From NCBI GenBank assembly GCA_023150565.1, contig JAKLKR010000002.1:26757-90756 (forward strand): a stretch of DNA of 64,000 bases, given 5' to 3'. This stretch comes from Planctomycetota bacterium (GTDB lineage Bacteria; Planctomycetota; UBA11346). The translations under genes and the position numbers were made by a program. Under the pieces are notes generated by a model. That model ran no database searches, was not told the DNA's origin, and saw nothing but the letters and a program-made list of their open reading frames with translations. This document shows, in pieces, positions 52,372 to 61,836 of the stretch. Positions within the stretch are counted from its first letter, which is position 1, and every line of letters begins with the position of its first letter.

Positions 52372-54053
52372 GCGCGGAAGGCCTCGGGGATGAAGTCGCG
52401 GTCGGTGGCCTCGGCGGCGGCGAGGCGGATCTGCGCCTCCATCACCGGACGCGGCACCGGCGGCTGCCAGTCCGCCAGGCAGTCGGCGAGGGCGGCGAGG
52501 GCGTCCTTGGCTTCGACCTTGGAGGTGCGGTAGGCCTTGGTCGCCAGCGCCTCGGCCGCGCCCGGGGTCAGCCACAGCGGCAGGCGCGGGGCCAGCTCGG
52601 CGGGGGCGGTCTCGGGCAGCACCAGGCCGCGGCGCTTGGCCAGGGCGCGGATCAGAGTCCAGCTCTCGCTCGCGCTGGCGGTGGGGAAGATCGGCAGCTT
52701 GACGTCGACGCGCCCCGGGCGCTTGAGGTCGACCTCGATCAGGTCGGGACGCGACGAGGCCAGCACCCACATCACCTTGCCGCGGTTGGCGCCGTCGGAC
52801 ATCTCCTGGGCGATCATGGCGTAGACCCGCCCGCCGATGCCGCCGTCGTCGCCGCCGGAATTGCGCCGGCCGAGCGACTGGTCGGCCTCGTCGATGAAGA
52901 CGATGGCGCGCCCGAGGGCGTGGATCAGGCGGAAGATCTTCTCGAGGTTGCCCTCGGTCGAGCCCACCCACTTGTCGCGGAAGTTCTTGAGCTTGACCAC
53001 GGGCACCCCGGCCTCGCCCGCCAGGCATTCGACCAGGTAGGTCTTGCCGGTGCCGACCGGCCCGCACAGCAGGTAGCCCATGGGCAGGGCCTGGAGGTCG
53101 CCGGCCTTCCACAGGGCGATGTCCTGGCGCAGCTGCTTCTTCAGCGCCTCGCCGGCGGCGTAGTCGTCGAGGGTGCGGCGGGACTCGATGAACTCGATCA
53201 GTCCGGCGCAGTCGCGCTCGACCAGCGCCTTCTTGAGCCCGAGCAGGTCGGATTCCACCAACGGCTTCTTCTGGTGCTCGCGGGTCTTGAGCAGCGACTC
53301 GATCGCGCTCAGGGTGGTGCCCGACAGAAGCCGCGCCGGCCTGGCCAGGTCGCCGGCGAAGGCGCCCAGGGCGGTGGGATGGCGCGGCGCCAGCGCCGCC
53401 AGCGCCTGCTCCAGGTCGGCGGCCTCGGGCAGCGGGATGCGCACCTGGCAGGCGCGCGGATTGGAGGCCACCAGCGGGTGCAGGTCGGCGAGGTTGTCGG
53501 CGATCAGGAAGGTGGCGATGGGCTGGTCGGCGAGCGCCGGATCGGCGGCCCAGTCGCGCAGCAGGCTGGCGATGCTGGTCAGCTCGTAGCCGGCCCCGGG
53601 CACATTGGGCACCACCAGGTCGGCGCTGCGCAGGATCACCGCCACCTGGGTGCGGTCCTGGCCCAGGCGGGCGAGGTTGGCGCAGTAGCGCAGGTAGTGG
53701 GTGACGGTCTCGACCGCCTCGCGCGGCTGGCGCGGCAGGCGGGCGTCCTCCTTGTAGCGGGGCCAGCGGGTGAAGGTCTCGCCGCCCTTGTCGACCCGCA
53801 GACCGTTGCCGAGGTCGTAGCTCAGCACCACGTCGAAGCGCGGCAGCATGACCCGGGAGAGGAACTCGGGCAGCGAACCGAGCTGGGCCGCGCCCGGCGC
53901 CCCGCCCAGCGGCATGCGGTCGCCGACGTTGCCGCTGAGGATGAACTGCGAGTGGGCGCCGGACTCGTAGCCGGCGGCCAGCTCCGCCGCCCAGGGCGGC
54001 AGCGGCGGGGTGCGGGTCATGGACATGGCTGCTCCGAGGGTGGCACCGGTCAT
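52353..54053 (-). CDS. Classic-clade AAA ATPase with a 330-aa N-terminal domain of unknown function
   Basis: LLCGPVGTGKTYL (Walker A). IVFIDEADQ (Walker B). Second region of homology ASSRPDLIEVDLKRPGRVD. Its 3' end overlaps the convergent membrane-protein gene by 19 nt. Confidence 0.8.
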   Translation of the reverse strand: MTGATLGAAMSMTRTPPLPPWAAELAAGYESGAHSQFILSGNVGDRMPLGGAPGAAQLGSLPEFLSRVMLPRFDVVLSYDLGNGLRVDKGGETFTRWPRYKEDARLPRQPREAVETVTHYLRYCANLARLGQDRTQVAVILRSADLVVPNVPGAGYELTSIASLLRDWAADPALADQPIATFLIADNLADLHPLVASNPRACQVRIPLPEAADLEQALAALAPRHPTALGAFAGDLARPARLLSGTTLSAIESLLKTREHQKKPLVESDLLGLKKALVERDCAGLIEFIESRRTLDDYAAGEALKKQLRQDIALWKAGDLQALPMGYLLCGPVGTGKTYLVECLAGEAGVPVVKLKNFRDKWVGSTEGNLEKIFRLIHALGRAIVFIDEADQSLGRRNSGGDDGGIGGRVYAMIAQEMSDGANRGKVMWVLASSRPDLIEVDLKRPGRVDVKLPIFPTASASESWTLIRALAKRRGLVLPETAPAELAPRLPLWLTPGAAEALATKAYRTSKVEAKDALAALADCLADWQPPVPRPVMEAQIRLAAAEATDRDFIPEAFRAYAPEV

Positions 54054-54060
54054 CTGTCTT

Positions 54061-54136
54061 CCCTGGGACCGCCGGGGCTCCAGCCCGGCAGTTGGGACGG
54101 CTCGAATTGCCGGGCTGGAGCCCGGCGCTCCCAGGG
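54061..54136. repeat. Miniature inverted-repeat element, 76 bp (same terminal inverted repeats, 21-nt internal segment)
   Basis: CCCTGGGAcCGCCGGGgCTCCAGCCCGG cagttgggacggctcgaattg CCGGGCTGGAGCCCGGCGCTCCCAGGG. Flanks are TCTT and GCGTC. Confidence 0.8.
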
Positions 54137-54195
54137 GCGTCGCCGCAGGCGCTGAGCGCCTCCGCGGATGCGCGGATCACATGAAGGCGCGTCTC

Positions 54196-54963
54196 TCAGG
54201 CCGACTGCGCCGGGCCCATGGTCTTGGCCGGGGCGGCGGGGGCGGCCACCGGGTCGGCGGCGGCCTGGGCGGCGGCCTGGCGGTCGAGCACGATGCCCTC
54301 GGCCGCGGCGAAGTCGGCCAGCGCCTGGTCGGCCAGCGCCTGCTGCTCGGCCTCCTTGATGTTGACCTGGCCCATGTCGAGCGAGTCGCGCGCGACGCGG
54401 GCGCGGCCGGCGGCCTTGTTGCGCTCGTCCTCGACCATCTCCTGCAGGCGGTTCATGGTGTCGCCGGCGCCGCCGATCTGGCCGATCATGCCCGAGGCCA
54501 TCTCGGACATCTCCGCCATGGCCTTCTTCATCTTCATGTCCTCGATGGCGCCCTTGAGTGCCTCCATCTTGGCCTTGGCCGAGGTGATGGCGACGTCGCG
54601 GGCCTTGGTAAGGTCCTTGTAGGTGGTCTCGGCCTGCTGCAGCTGCACGCGGTTCTCGGCCAGCTCGCGGCTGACGCTCTGCAGGCGCAGGGCGTACTGG
54701 CCGGCGGCCTCGCGGTTGCCGGCGCGCAGGTGGGCCTGGGTCTTGGCGCGCAGGTCGCGCTCCTCGGCCTCCTGCTTCTTGACCTGCGCCATCAGGCGCT
54801 CGCACAGCCCGGCGTGGCTGGCCAGGCCCTGGTTGTACTGCGAGATCTGCTTGCGCAGGTTCTCCTTCTCGACCTCGAGCAGGGCCTCGGGGTTGCGGCG
54901 CTCGATGCCGCTGACGAACAGGCTGAGGAAGCCCTTGAAGAGGTTGGCGATGCGGTTGAACAT
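54196..54963 (-). CDS. pspA: PspA/IM30-family protein (phage shock protein A / Vipp1-like)
   Basis: MFNRIANLFKGFLSLFVSGIERRNPEALLEVEKENLRKQISQYNQ... is coiled-coil throughout, with a typical PspA N-terminus. Confidence 0.85.
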   Translation of the reverse strand: MFNRIANLFKGFLSLFVSGIERRNPEALLEVEKENLRKQISQYNQGLASHAGLCERLMAQVKKQEAEERDLRAKTQAHLRAGNREAAGQYALRLQSVSRELAENRVQLQQAETTYKDLTKARDVAITSAKAKMEALKGAIEDMKMKKAMAEMSEMASGMIGQIGGAGDTMNRLQEMVEDERNKAAGRARVARDSLDMGQVNIKEAEQQALADQALADFAAAEGIVLDRQAAAQAAADPVAAPAAPAKTMGPAQSA

Positions 54964-54970
54964 GGGGCCC

Positions 54971-56755
54971 TCACTGCCCTTCGGGCGAGTAGACGGCGAT
55001 CTCCACCCGGCGGTTCTGGGCGTGGTTCTGCGCGTCGGCGGGGTCGGCGGGGGCGTCCCAGCCCCGGCCGACGATGGTGAACTTGTTGGGGTCGAACTTG
55101 TACTTGTCGACCAGCGCGCGCTTGATCGCCTCGGCGCGCTCGGTCGACAGCTGCTTGACCGCGGACTCGTTGATCTTGCCCTTCATCGAGCCGTCGGTGT
55201 GGCCCTCGATCATGATCACCGCGCGCGCGAACTGGCCGGACAGGCGCCCGACCTGCTCGAGGGTGGCGGTGACGTTGGGGTCGTAGAGCCGCCCGCCCAC
55301 CACCGCGCCGAACTGGTCGCGGGCCGGCTCGAAGGGGTTGGACGAGTTGGGGAAGAAGTTGATGCGGATGGTCTGGGTGAGGATCGGCGCCTCGGCCACC
55401 AGGCGCTTGACCGGCACCGGGGCGAAGGTGGTCACGCTCTCGTCCTTGTCGGCGGCGAACTCGCCCTTGGCCGCGACCTTCTGCGCCACCGTGAAGTCCA
55501 TCACCTGGTCGAACGGCACCGGGGCGCTGATGCGGCCCAGCTCGCGGTAGACGTAGGCGGCGTTCTTCCAGGTGCGCTCGAAGTTGGTGGGGTTGGCGGC
55601 GTTGAGGAAGAACGAGGCGTTTTCCGCGGCGTTGGTCAGGTGGGCGTCGCCCATCATGCCCTGGACGTCGGCGGGCTTCATGCCGAAGGCGTCGGCCATC
55701 GCCTGGCAGGCGGGCGCGGGGTCGGCCTTCACCAGGCGCATGCCCTCGTAGATGCCTTCGACCAGGCCCTGGGCCACCGCGGGGTGGTCGCGCATGAAGT
55801 CGGCGCGCAGGGCGTAGACGTCGGCGATGAGTTTGTTGGCGTCCTTGGTCGAGCTGAGGATGCGGGTGCCGGGCACGCGGTCGCTGATGTTGTAGATGTC
55901 GGGCGCCCACGACACGCAGGCGTCGATCGACTGGTCGGCGACGAAGGCGGCGGCGGCCTCGAAGGCGGTGGCGGTGTACTTCATCTTCACATCCACCGGC
56001 TTGAGCCCGGAGGACAGCAGCAGCGAGGTCAGGTAGTACTCGCTGGGCGAGTTCTGGGCCAGGGCCACGGTGCGGCCCTTGAGCTCGCGCGCGGTCTTGA
56101 TGCCCTTGCGCACGACGATGCCGTCGCCGCCGTTCGACCAGTCGATCTGCTGGACGATGCGCGGGGCGGTGCGCGAATCCTTCATCAGCTCGGGGGCGAA
56201 CAGCACCATCATGTCGACGGTGCCCCACAGGGTGTGGACCTCGCCGGCGACGAAGGCGTCGCGCGCCGCCACCGGGTCGTCCATCAGCACCATCTCGACC
56301 TGGAAGCCGTGCTTCTTGGCGAACACCGATTCAGGATTCGGCTTGGTGCCCTTGTTGGCGGCGATCACCGGCAGCCAGCCGGCCCACACGTTGTAGCTGA
56401 AGCGCAGGACCTTGTTCTTGTCGTCCCACTTGTACTGGCTGGCGCCCTTCACCGCCGGCAGCTTGTCGCCGACGATGTACTTGTACTCCTTCACGGTGGT
56501 GATGGAGCCGGCGTCGGGGGCCTCCTTGGCGTCGGCGGCGGGCGGGGTCGCCGGGGTGCCAGCGGCGGCGGCCACCGGGGCGGCCGGGGTCGCGGCGGGC
56601 TGGGCCGGGTTCTGGGCCTGCTGGGCCGGCGGCGGGGTCTGCTGGGCCGCCTGCTGACGCTGCCAGACGTACCAGCCGAGGCCGAGCAGCCCGACCACCA
56701 GCAGGAAGGTGATGATCTTGCCCAGCGGGGTGAGCGTGGTGCCTTCGTCGGACAT
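54971..56755 (-). CDS. Membrane-anchored NMT1/SsuA-like substrate-binding protein fused to a C-terminal OmpA-like peptidoglycan-binding domain
   Basis: N-terminal TM IITFLLVVGLLGLGWYVW. A Pro/Ala/Gln linker. An SsuA/NMT1-like periplasmic binding fold. C-terminal OmpA_C (AVIMIEGHTDGS...NRRVEIAVY). The start is Met51 of the ORF 54971..56905. Confidence 0.75.
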   Translation of the reverse strand: MSDEGTTLTPLGKIITFLLVVGLLGLGWYVWQRQQAAQQTPPPAQQAQNPAQPAATPAAPVAAAAGTPATPPAADAKEAPDAGSITTVKEYKYIVGDKLPAVKGASQYKWDDKNKVLRFSYNVWAGWLPVIAANKGTKPNPESVFAKKHGFQVEMVLMDDPVAARDAFVAGEVHTLWGTVDMMVLFAPELMKDSRTAPRIVQQIDWSNGGDGIVVRKGIKTARELKGRTVALAQNSPSEYYLTSLLLSSGLKPVDVKMKYTATAFEAAAAFVADQSIDACVSWAPDIYNISDRVPGTRILSSTKDANKLIADVYALRADFMRDHPAVAQGLVEGIYEGMRLVKADPAPACQAMADAFGMKPADVQGMMGDAHLTNAAENASFFLNAANPTNFERTWKNAAYVYRELGRISAPVPFDQVMDFTVAQKVAAKGEFAADKDESVTTFAPVPVKRLVAEAPILTQTIRINFFPNSSNPFEPARDQFGAVVGGRLYDPNVTATLEQVGRLSGQFARAVIMIEGHTDGSMKGKINESAVKQLSTERAEAIKRALVDKYKFDPNKFTIVGRGWDAPADPADAQNHAQNRRVEIAVYSPEGQ

Positions 56756-56790
56756 GGGACTTTCCTCGTGCGGTTCTGGTACGGGCGGGG

Positions 56791-57483
56791 TCAGGGTATC
56801 GGCGGAAGGTCGGCGTCCACCGTCACTCCATCCGGCAGCGGCTGGTCGAGGACCATGCCGGCGGCGGCGGCGAGGGCGTGCTCGCGCGCCAGCTTGGCCT
56901 GCCACCAGGAGCGCCAGCGCGCGTCGTCGTCGTGGTCCTGGGCGGCGAGGACGGCGGCCTCGGCATCGAGCGCGGCACGGGCGGCGGCGATCTGCTCGCT
57001 GCGGGTGCGGCGCAGGCCGCGGCGGCGCACCAGCTCGGCATGGGCAGCCTGGGCGAAGCCGTCGAGGGCCTGGTCGCGGGCGCAGGCGTCGCGCACCACG
57101 TCGGCGGGCGGCGCGCCGGCGGCCTGCAGCGCCGCCAGCAGCGCGCCCTGGGCCTGCTCGCGGCTGGCGCCGGCCAACTCGGGCCGGGCGAGGAAGGCCG
57201 CCACCCGCAGGGCATCCCAGCCGTGGGCCGGCACCGCCACCCCGGCGGCCTCGTCGATGGCGGCGAAGGGCAGGGCGAGGTCGCTGGGCGGGGCGGCGCA
57301 GCGGGTCACCGCCAGCGCGGCCATGCGCGCCGGGTCGGGGACCGCCAGGTGCAGCTCGTCGAGGGTGAGGGTGCGGGTGGCGATCTTGGCCGGGCCGGCG
57401 GGGGCGGCGGGGGCGGCGGCGCGCTCGACCTGCATCAGGCCGAGGCGCGCCCCGAGGTCGCGGAGGGTGGCGATCAGGCTCAT
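56791..57483 (-). CDS. Hypothetical soluble protein (Ala-rich, 230 aa)
   Basis: Starts MSLIATLRDLGARLG. Overlaps the upstream gene by 4 nt (translational coupling). Only the C-terminal 230 aa of the ORF 56791..58257 look protein-like. Confidence 0.5.
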   Translation of the reverse strand: MSLIATLRDLGARLGLMQVERAAAPAAPAGPAKIATRTLTLDELHLAVPDPARMAALAVTRCAAPPSDLALPFAAIDEAAGVAVPAHGWDALRVAAFLARPELAGASREQAQGALLAALQAAGAPPADVVRDACARDQALDGFAQAAHAELVRRRGLRRTRSEQIAAARAALDAEAAVLAAQDHDDDARWRSWWQAKLAREHALAAAAGMVLDQPLPDGVTVDADLPPIP

Positions 57484-58379
57484 GCGCGGGTGGCGCGCCG
57501 CTGGCGCCGGGGATCGGGGGTGGGCGGGGCGGGCTCGGCCGCCGGCGGCGGGGTCACCACCGACGAGGGCGCCACCCCGGGATCGGGGGCGTGGCCGAGG
57601 CCGGCCTGCTGCTCGATCCACTGGCTGGTGGCGCCCAGCCCGGCGGTGATCTCGTCGATGCGCGAGGCCAAGGTGCCGGGCTCGGTGGTGAGCAGGGCCT
57701 GGTCGCGCAGCAGCGCCACCTGCTCGGCGATGCGCTCCAGCTCGGCCTCGACGTAGGCGAGCTTGTCGCCGGCCTCGCGCTGCTTGGCCAAGCGGGTCTG
57801 CACGATCTCGAGCTGGCCCTGGATGCTGGTGCGCAGGCCCTCGCCCAGGCTGTCGTCCTTGAGCTGGACGGCCAGCTCCCCGGCGCGCTCGCGCAGGCGC
57901 TCGGCCTCGCCGCGCCCGGCCTCGGCCACCAGGCGCGAGATCGAGGCGCGCCCGGCGAGCAGGCGCAGATAGACCCACTGCAGGCGCGCCAGGCCCTCGT
58001 CGTGGGCGGCGGCGGCGGCGGGATCGATGCGGCGCTGCTGCTCGGCGATCTCGCGGCAGCGCCCCTCGAGGGCGGTGTAGCGCGCGCGCCCGTCGGCGCC
58101 GGCCTGGGCGAGCAGCTGCTCGGCGGCCCCGGCCCAGCGCCGGCGCTCGTCGCCCTGGCGCGCCTGCAGCGCGGCGCCGTCGACGGTGGCGCGGAAGCGC
58201 GCGCTGTGCGACAGCCAGGCCAGGTAGGCGAGCTCGAGCCCGGCCCCCACCAGCCACCAGGCGGGATTGAGCAGCCCGAGCAGGCCGACCCCGGCCAGGC
58301 CGATCCAGTTGGGCGGCAGCGGCATGCCCAGGGGGCGGGCGCTGAAGGCGGCCTTGATGTAGTCGCCCAGGCCCGGCAT
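57480..58379 (-). CDS. Membrane protein with two N-terminal TM helices and a long coiled-coil
   Basis: MPGLGDYIKAAFSARPLGMPLPPNWIGLAGVGLLGLLNPAWWLVGAGLELAYLAWL, then about 200 aa of heptad-like Ala/Glu/Arg/Leu sequence. The start ATG overlaps the ABC ATPase stop. Confidence 0.6.
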   Translation of the reverse strand: MPGLGDYIKAAFSARPLGMPLPPNWIGLAGVGLLGLLNPAWWLVGAGLELAYLAWLSHSARFRATVDGAALQARQGDERRRWAGAAEQLLAQAGADGRARYTALEGRCREIAEQQRRIDPAAAAAHDEGLARLQWVYLRLLAGRASISRLVAEAGRGEAERLRERAGELAVQLKDDSLGEGLRTSIQGQLEIVQTRLAKQREAGDKLAYVEAELERIAEQVALLRDQALLTTEPGTLASRIDEITAGLGATSQWIEQQAGLGHAPDPGVAPSSVVTPPPAAEPAPPTPDPRRQRRATRA

Positions 58380-59215
58380 CAGGGCCTCCGGGGCGGGCGG
58401 CCGCCGGCGGTGACGGTGCGGAAGGCCTCGGTGACCGCGCGCACCGCCTCCTTGAAGGCGGGCTGCTCCTGCGCCGCCAGCGGCGGCACGCCGAGGGTGG
58501 GCGGCAGGCAGTCGCGGATGTCGTAGGCGATCTGGCCGGGGGCGTGGGTGAAGATCCACACCCGCTCCGACAGGTAGACCGCCTCGCTCACGCTGTGGCT
58601 GATGCAGAACACCGTCGGCTTGATGCGGTGCCAGAGCTCGACCACCAGCTGCTGCATGTCCAGGCGGGTGGGCTCGTCGAGGGCCGAGAACGGCTCGTCC
58701 ATCAGCAGGATGCGCGGTTCCAGCGCCAGCGAGCGGGCGATGGCGACGCGCTGCTGCTGGCCGCCCGAGAGCTGGTGGGGGAACTTGCGCACATGGTCGG
58801 CGAGGCCGACCTGCTCGATCAGCGCCAGGGCGCGGTCGCGGCGGTCGCCCGGCGCCAGGTGGCCGTCCAGGTCCATGCCGAAGCGCACGTTGCCGAGCAC
58901 GTCGAGGTGGGGCAGCGAGCTGTACTGCTGGAAGATGAAGCCGCGGTCGCGCCCCGGCCCGGCCACCGGCCGGCCATCGACCAGCACGCTGCCGCTGGTG
59001 GGCTGCTGGAAGCCGGCGATGCAGTTGAGCAGGGTGCTCTTGCCGCAGCCCGAGGGGCCGACCAGGGCGATGAACTCGCCGCGGTCGGGGGCGTCCTCGA
59101 CCGCGATCGAGACCTGGTGCAGGGCGGTGGCGGCGCCGAAGCGCACGCTCAGGTCGCGCGTCTCGACCACCGGCGGACGGGGAGCGGCGGCGGGGGTCAC
59201 GGCGGCGGGCTCCAT
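58379..59215 (-). CDS. ABC transporter ATP-binding protein (NitT/TauT family: nitrate/sulfonate/bicarbonate type)
   Basis: LVGPSGCGKSTLL (Walker A), LSGGQQQRVAIARSL (signature), LLMDEPFSALD (Walker B) and ISHSV (H-loop). The start is MEPAAV. Confidence 0.85.
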   Translation of the reverse strand: MEPAAVTPAAAPRPPVVETRDLSVRFGAATALHQVSIAVEDAPDRGEFIALVGPSGCGKSTLLNCIAGFQQPTSGSVLVDGRPVAGPGRDRGFIFQQYSSLPHLDVLGNVRFGMDLDGHLAPGDRRDRALALIEQVGLADHVRKFPHQLSGGQQQRVAIARSLALEPRILLMDEPFSALDEPTRLDMQQLVVELWHRIKPTVFCISHSVSEAVYLSERVWIFTHAPGQIAYDIRDCLPPTLGVPPLAAQEQPAFKEAVRAVTEAFRTVTAGGRPPRRP

Positions 59216-60042
59216 CACGCCCTCCCGGCCGGGCGCCAGGGGAACAGGCGCTCGCCGATCCAGGCCAGCAGGCGGTCGGCCAGCCAGGCGATCACCGTGA
59301 TCAGGATGATCACCAGGTAGATGTTCTCCTTGGGCCCGCGCCGCTGCGCCATGGTGATGAGGAAGCCGAGCCCGCCCGACTGCACCAGCGCCTCGGTGAG
59401 CACGATGTAGGTCCAGCCCACCCCGAAGGAGATGCGCAGCGCGTGCCACAGGTCGGGGGCGGCCACCGGCACCAGCACCCGCCGCACCAGCTGCCAGCGC
59501 CCGGCGCCGCAGGTGCGGGCGGTGCGCAGCAGCACCTCGGGCACCTGGTCGACCGCCTTGGCCGACAGCGGCAGCAGGAAGATGGCGAAGGCGAGGGCGA
59601 GGAAGAGCACCTTCTGCAGCTCGTCGGTGCCGAACCACGACATCGACAGCGGCACCAGGGTCGAGATCGGCAGGTACCCGGAGGCGGTGGCGAGCGGCGA
59701 GCACAGCGCGCGCACGCTGCCGAAGGCGCCCATGGCGATGCCCAGCGGCACCGCCACCCCGGCGCCGATGAGGAAGCCCAGGCCGACCCGGCGCAGGCTC
59801 AGGCCGAGGTGGTGGAGCAGTTCGTGGTTGCCCGCGGAGTCGCGGCGGGTGAGCAGCTCCGGCACCTGCGCCAGCACCTCGCCGGGGGCGGGCAGGATCT
59901 GCAGCGAGATCAGGCGCTCCTCGGGGATGCCGCGGGTGCCCCACCACCAGGCGGCGATCAGCAGCGCCACCGGCAGCAGCCCGAGAACCAGCGCCCAGCG
60001 CGCCGGCACCTGTCCGCGTATGTCGGTGATCCAGGGGGCCAT
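59215..60042 (-). CDS. ABC transporter permease (NitT/TauT family: SsuC/TauC/NrtB-like)
   Basis: Six TM segments. The EAA-like loop LLRTARTCGAGRWQLVRRVLVPVAAP. Start at MAPWITD. Upstream codons have low GC3. The stop overlaps the ATPase start (TGATG). Confidence 0.8.
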   Translation of the reverse strand: MAPWITDIRGQVPARWALVLGLLPVALLIAAWWWGTRGIPEERLISLQILPAPGEVLAQVPELLTRRDSAGNHELLHHLGLSLRRVGLGFLIGAGVAVPLGIAMGAFGSVRALCSPLATASGYLPISTLVPLSMSWFGTDELQKVLFLALAFAIFLLPLSAKAVDQVPEVLLRTARTCGAGRWQLVRRVLVPVAAPDLWHALRISFGVGWTYIVLTEALVQSGGLGFLITMAQRRGPKENIYLVIILITVIAWLADRLLAWIGERLFPWRPAGRA

Positions 60043-60084
60043 GGGTCGGCAAATTAGGCCCGCCCGACGGCGGTGCAACGCGGG

Positions 60085-61836
60085 TCAGAAGCCTGGATCG
60101 GCGGTGGCGGTCCCCACCTGCCCCGGCGGCAGCCTCCAGCGCCGCGCCTCGGCGTCCCAGCCCAGCAGCGGCTGGGCGGTGGCGAACCAGGCGCGGTAGT
60201 CGGCCTCGGCCGGGTCGAGGCCGAACTGCTCCTGCAGCCAGGCGCGGCACGCCTTCATGCGCGCGCCGCTGCGGTGCTTGAGGTCGGGGGCGTCGGCGGC
60301 GGTGGCGATCACCAGGGGCAGGGCGCCGGCCACGCCGTGGCTGGCCGCCACCAGGCAGAAGCCCTCCTGGCGGTCGCCGTAGTCGGCCTCCGGGCGGTAG
60401 CGCCAGGCCTCGCGCACCGCGCCGGCGAGGTCGAAGCCGGGCATGGCAGCGAGTGCGGGGATGAGATCGGCCTGATTGTAGCCATGCCGCGCCTGCAACA
60501 GGACGGTGCGCAGGCGGGCATGGTCCTCGGGGCCGCCGGCGCGCGCCACCACCGCCAACATGTGCCTGGGATTGTTGCGCGACGCATGCCCGGCGTCGAG
60601 CCAGGCGCGCGCCATGGCCAGGGCGTCGGCCTCCCAGTGCTGCGCCACCACCGCCTCGGCGAGGTGGGGGAAGCGCGGCAGGGCGGCCAGCACGATGTCG
60701 TGGTGCTCGGGCTTCACCGCGCGCAGAGAGGCAGCTTCCAGGTAGAAGGTCATCGGCCAGGAGTCGCTGCGCTCCATGGCCGCGAGCAGCGCCGGATAGT
60801 GCCGCGGCGGGATCGCCGCCAGCCGCGCCACCATGGGATCGCTGAGACGGATGCCCTTCTGCTCGGGCGGGATCTCCGCCGCGCGGGCGTCGATCCAGGC
60901 ATCGGCCTCGGCGCGGGTCGACGACGCGTCGAGGGTGGCCGGCGCCGCCACCGGCTCGGCCGGGGCCGGCCTTTTCACGCGCGGGATCGGCCGGCCGTCG
61001 GGAGCGAAGCTCATCCCGGGGCAGGGCGAGCGCGGGGCCATGGCCGGGACCGGCGCCGGGGCCTCGGCCGGCAACGGATCCACCGCCCCGGCTTCGCGCG
61101 CGAGCGCGGCCAGGCCCCGCTGCCGGTCGCTGTAGTCGGTGGAAGGGAAGCGCCCCCAGGCGCGGCGCACCGCCGCCTTCCAGTCGAAGCCGGGCAGCGT
61201 GCGCAGGCGTTCCGCCAGGCGTGCCTGGCGGGCGCCGTCGCGGCTGCGCACCAGGCAGTCGGCGAGCAGGGCGTATTCGTCGCCGCGCGCGCTCAGCGCC
61301 AGCGCCGCCGGCCAGTCGGCGGCGCCCGGCTGGTTCCAGTCGGGGAACTGCGCCCGGCCGCCGTCGATGCCCGCCTCGAGGCCGGCGCGCAGGATGTCGT
61401 GGGCCTCGGCCGCCCAGCCCTGCTTCTCGACCGCTTCGACCAGCCAGGGCTGGGCGCGCAGATGCGGCAGCACGGCCTGGCGATCGGCGGGACGGAGCGC
61501 CTGCAGCACCGCCAGGCGGATCGCCAGCTGGATCACCGGCCTGTCCTCGTTCGCCGCCCAGGCCTCCAGGCCCAGCTCCGGCTGCCCGGTGATGGCGCGG
61601 GCGTACAGCTCGATGCGCGCATGGCGGTGGGACACGCCCTTCTCGCGTTCGACCCAGGCCACCAGCTCGGCGAGCTGCTCGCGCGCCTCGATGCGGTTAT
61701 CGCGCAGCGGGATGCTCTCGACCGCGGGATCCGGCGCCTCGGCCCGGGGGCGGGGATCGGGCGCCTCGGCCTCGAGCGCAGCCAGCGCGCCGGGCAGGAC
61801 CAGGGCGGCGGCGAGCAGGGCCGCCGCCGCCCTCAC
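60085..61836 (-). CDS. Secreted protein with HEAT/PBS-lyase-like internal repeats
   Basis: Signal peptide MRAAAALLAAALVLPGALAALEA. Repeats such as AAVRRAWGRFPSTDYSDRQRGLAALAREAGAV and GAVREAWRYRPEADYGDRQEGFCLVAASHGVAGAL. The start overlaps the GNAT stop. Confidence 0.6.
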   Translation of the reverse strand: MRAAAALLAAALVLPGALAALEAEAPDPRPRAEAPDPAVESIPLRDNRIEAREQLAELVAWVEREKGVSHRHARIELYARAITGQPELGLEAWAANEDRPVIQLAIRLAVLQALRPADRQAVLPHLRAQPWLVEAVEKQGWAAEAHDILRAGLEAGIDGGRAQFPDWNQPGAADWPAALALSARGDEYALLADCLVRSRDGARQARLAERLRTLPGFDWKAAVRRAWGRFPSTDYSDRQRGLAALAREAGAVDPLPAEAPAPVPAMAPRSPCPGMSFAPDGRPIPRVKRPAPAEPVAAPATLDASSTRAEADAWIDARAAEIPPEQKGIRLSDPMVARLAAIPPRHYPALLAAMERSDSWPMTFYLEAASLRAVKPEHHDIVLAALPRFPHLAEAVVAQHWEADALAMARAWLDAGHASRNNPRHMLAVVARAGGPEDHARLRTVLLQARHGYNQADLIPALAAMPGFDLAGAVREAWRYRPEADYGDRQEGFCLVAASHGVAGALPLVIATAADAPDLKHRSGARMKACRAWLQEQFGLDPAEADYRAWFATAQPLLGWDAEARRWRLPPGQVGTATADPGF

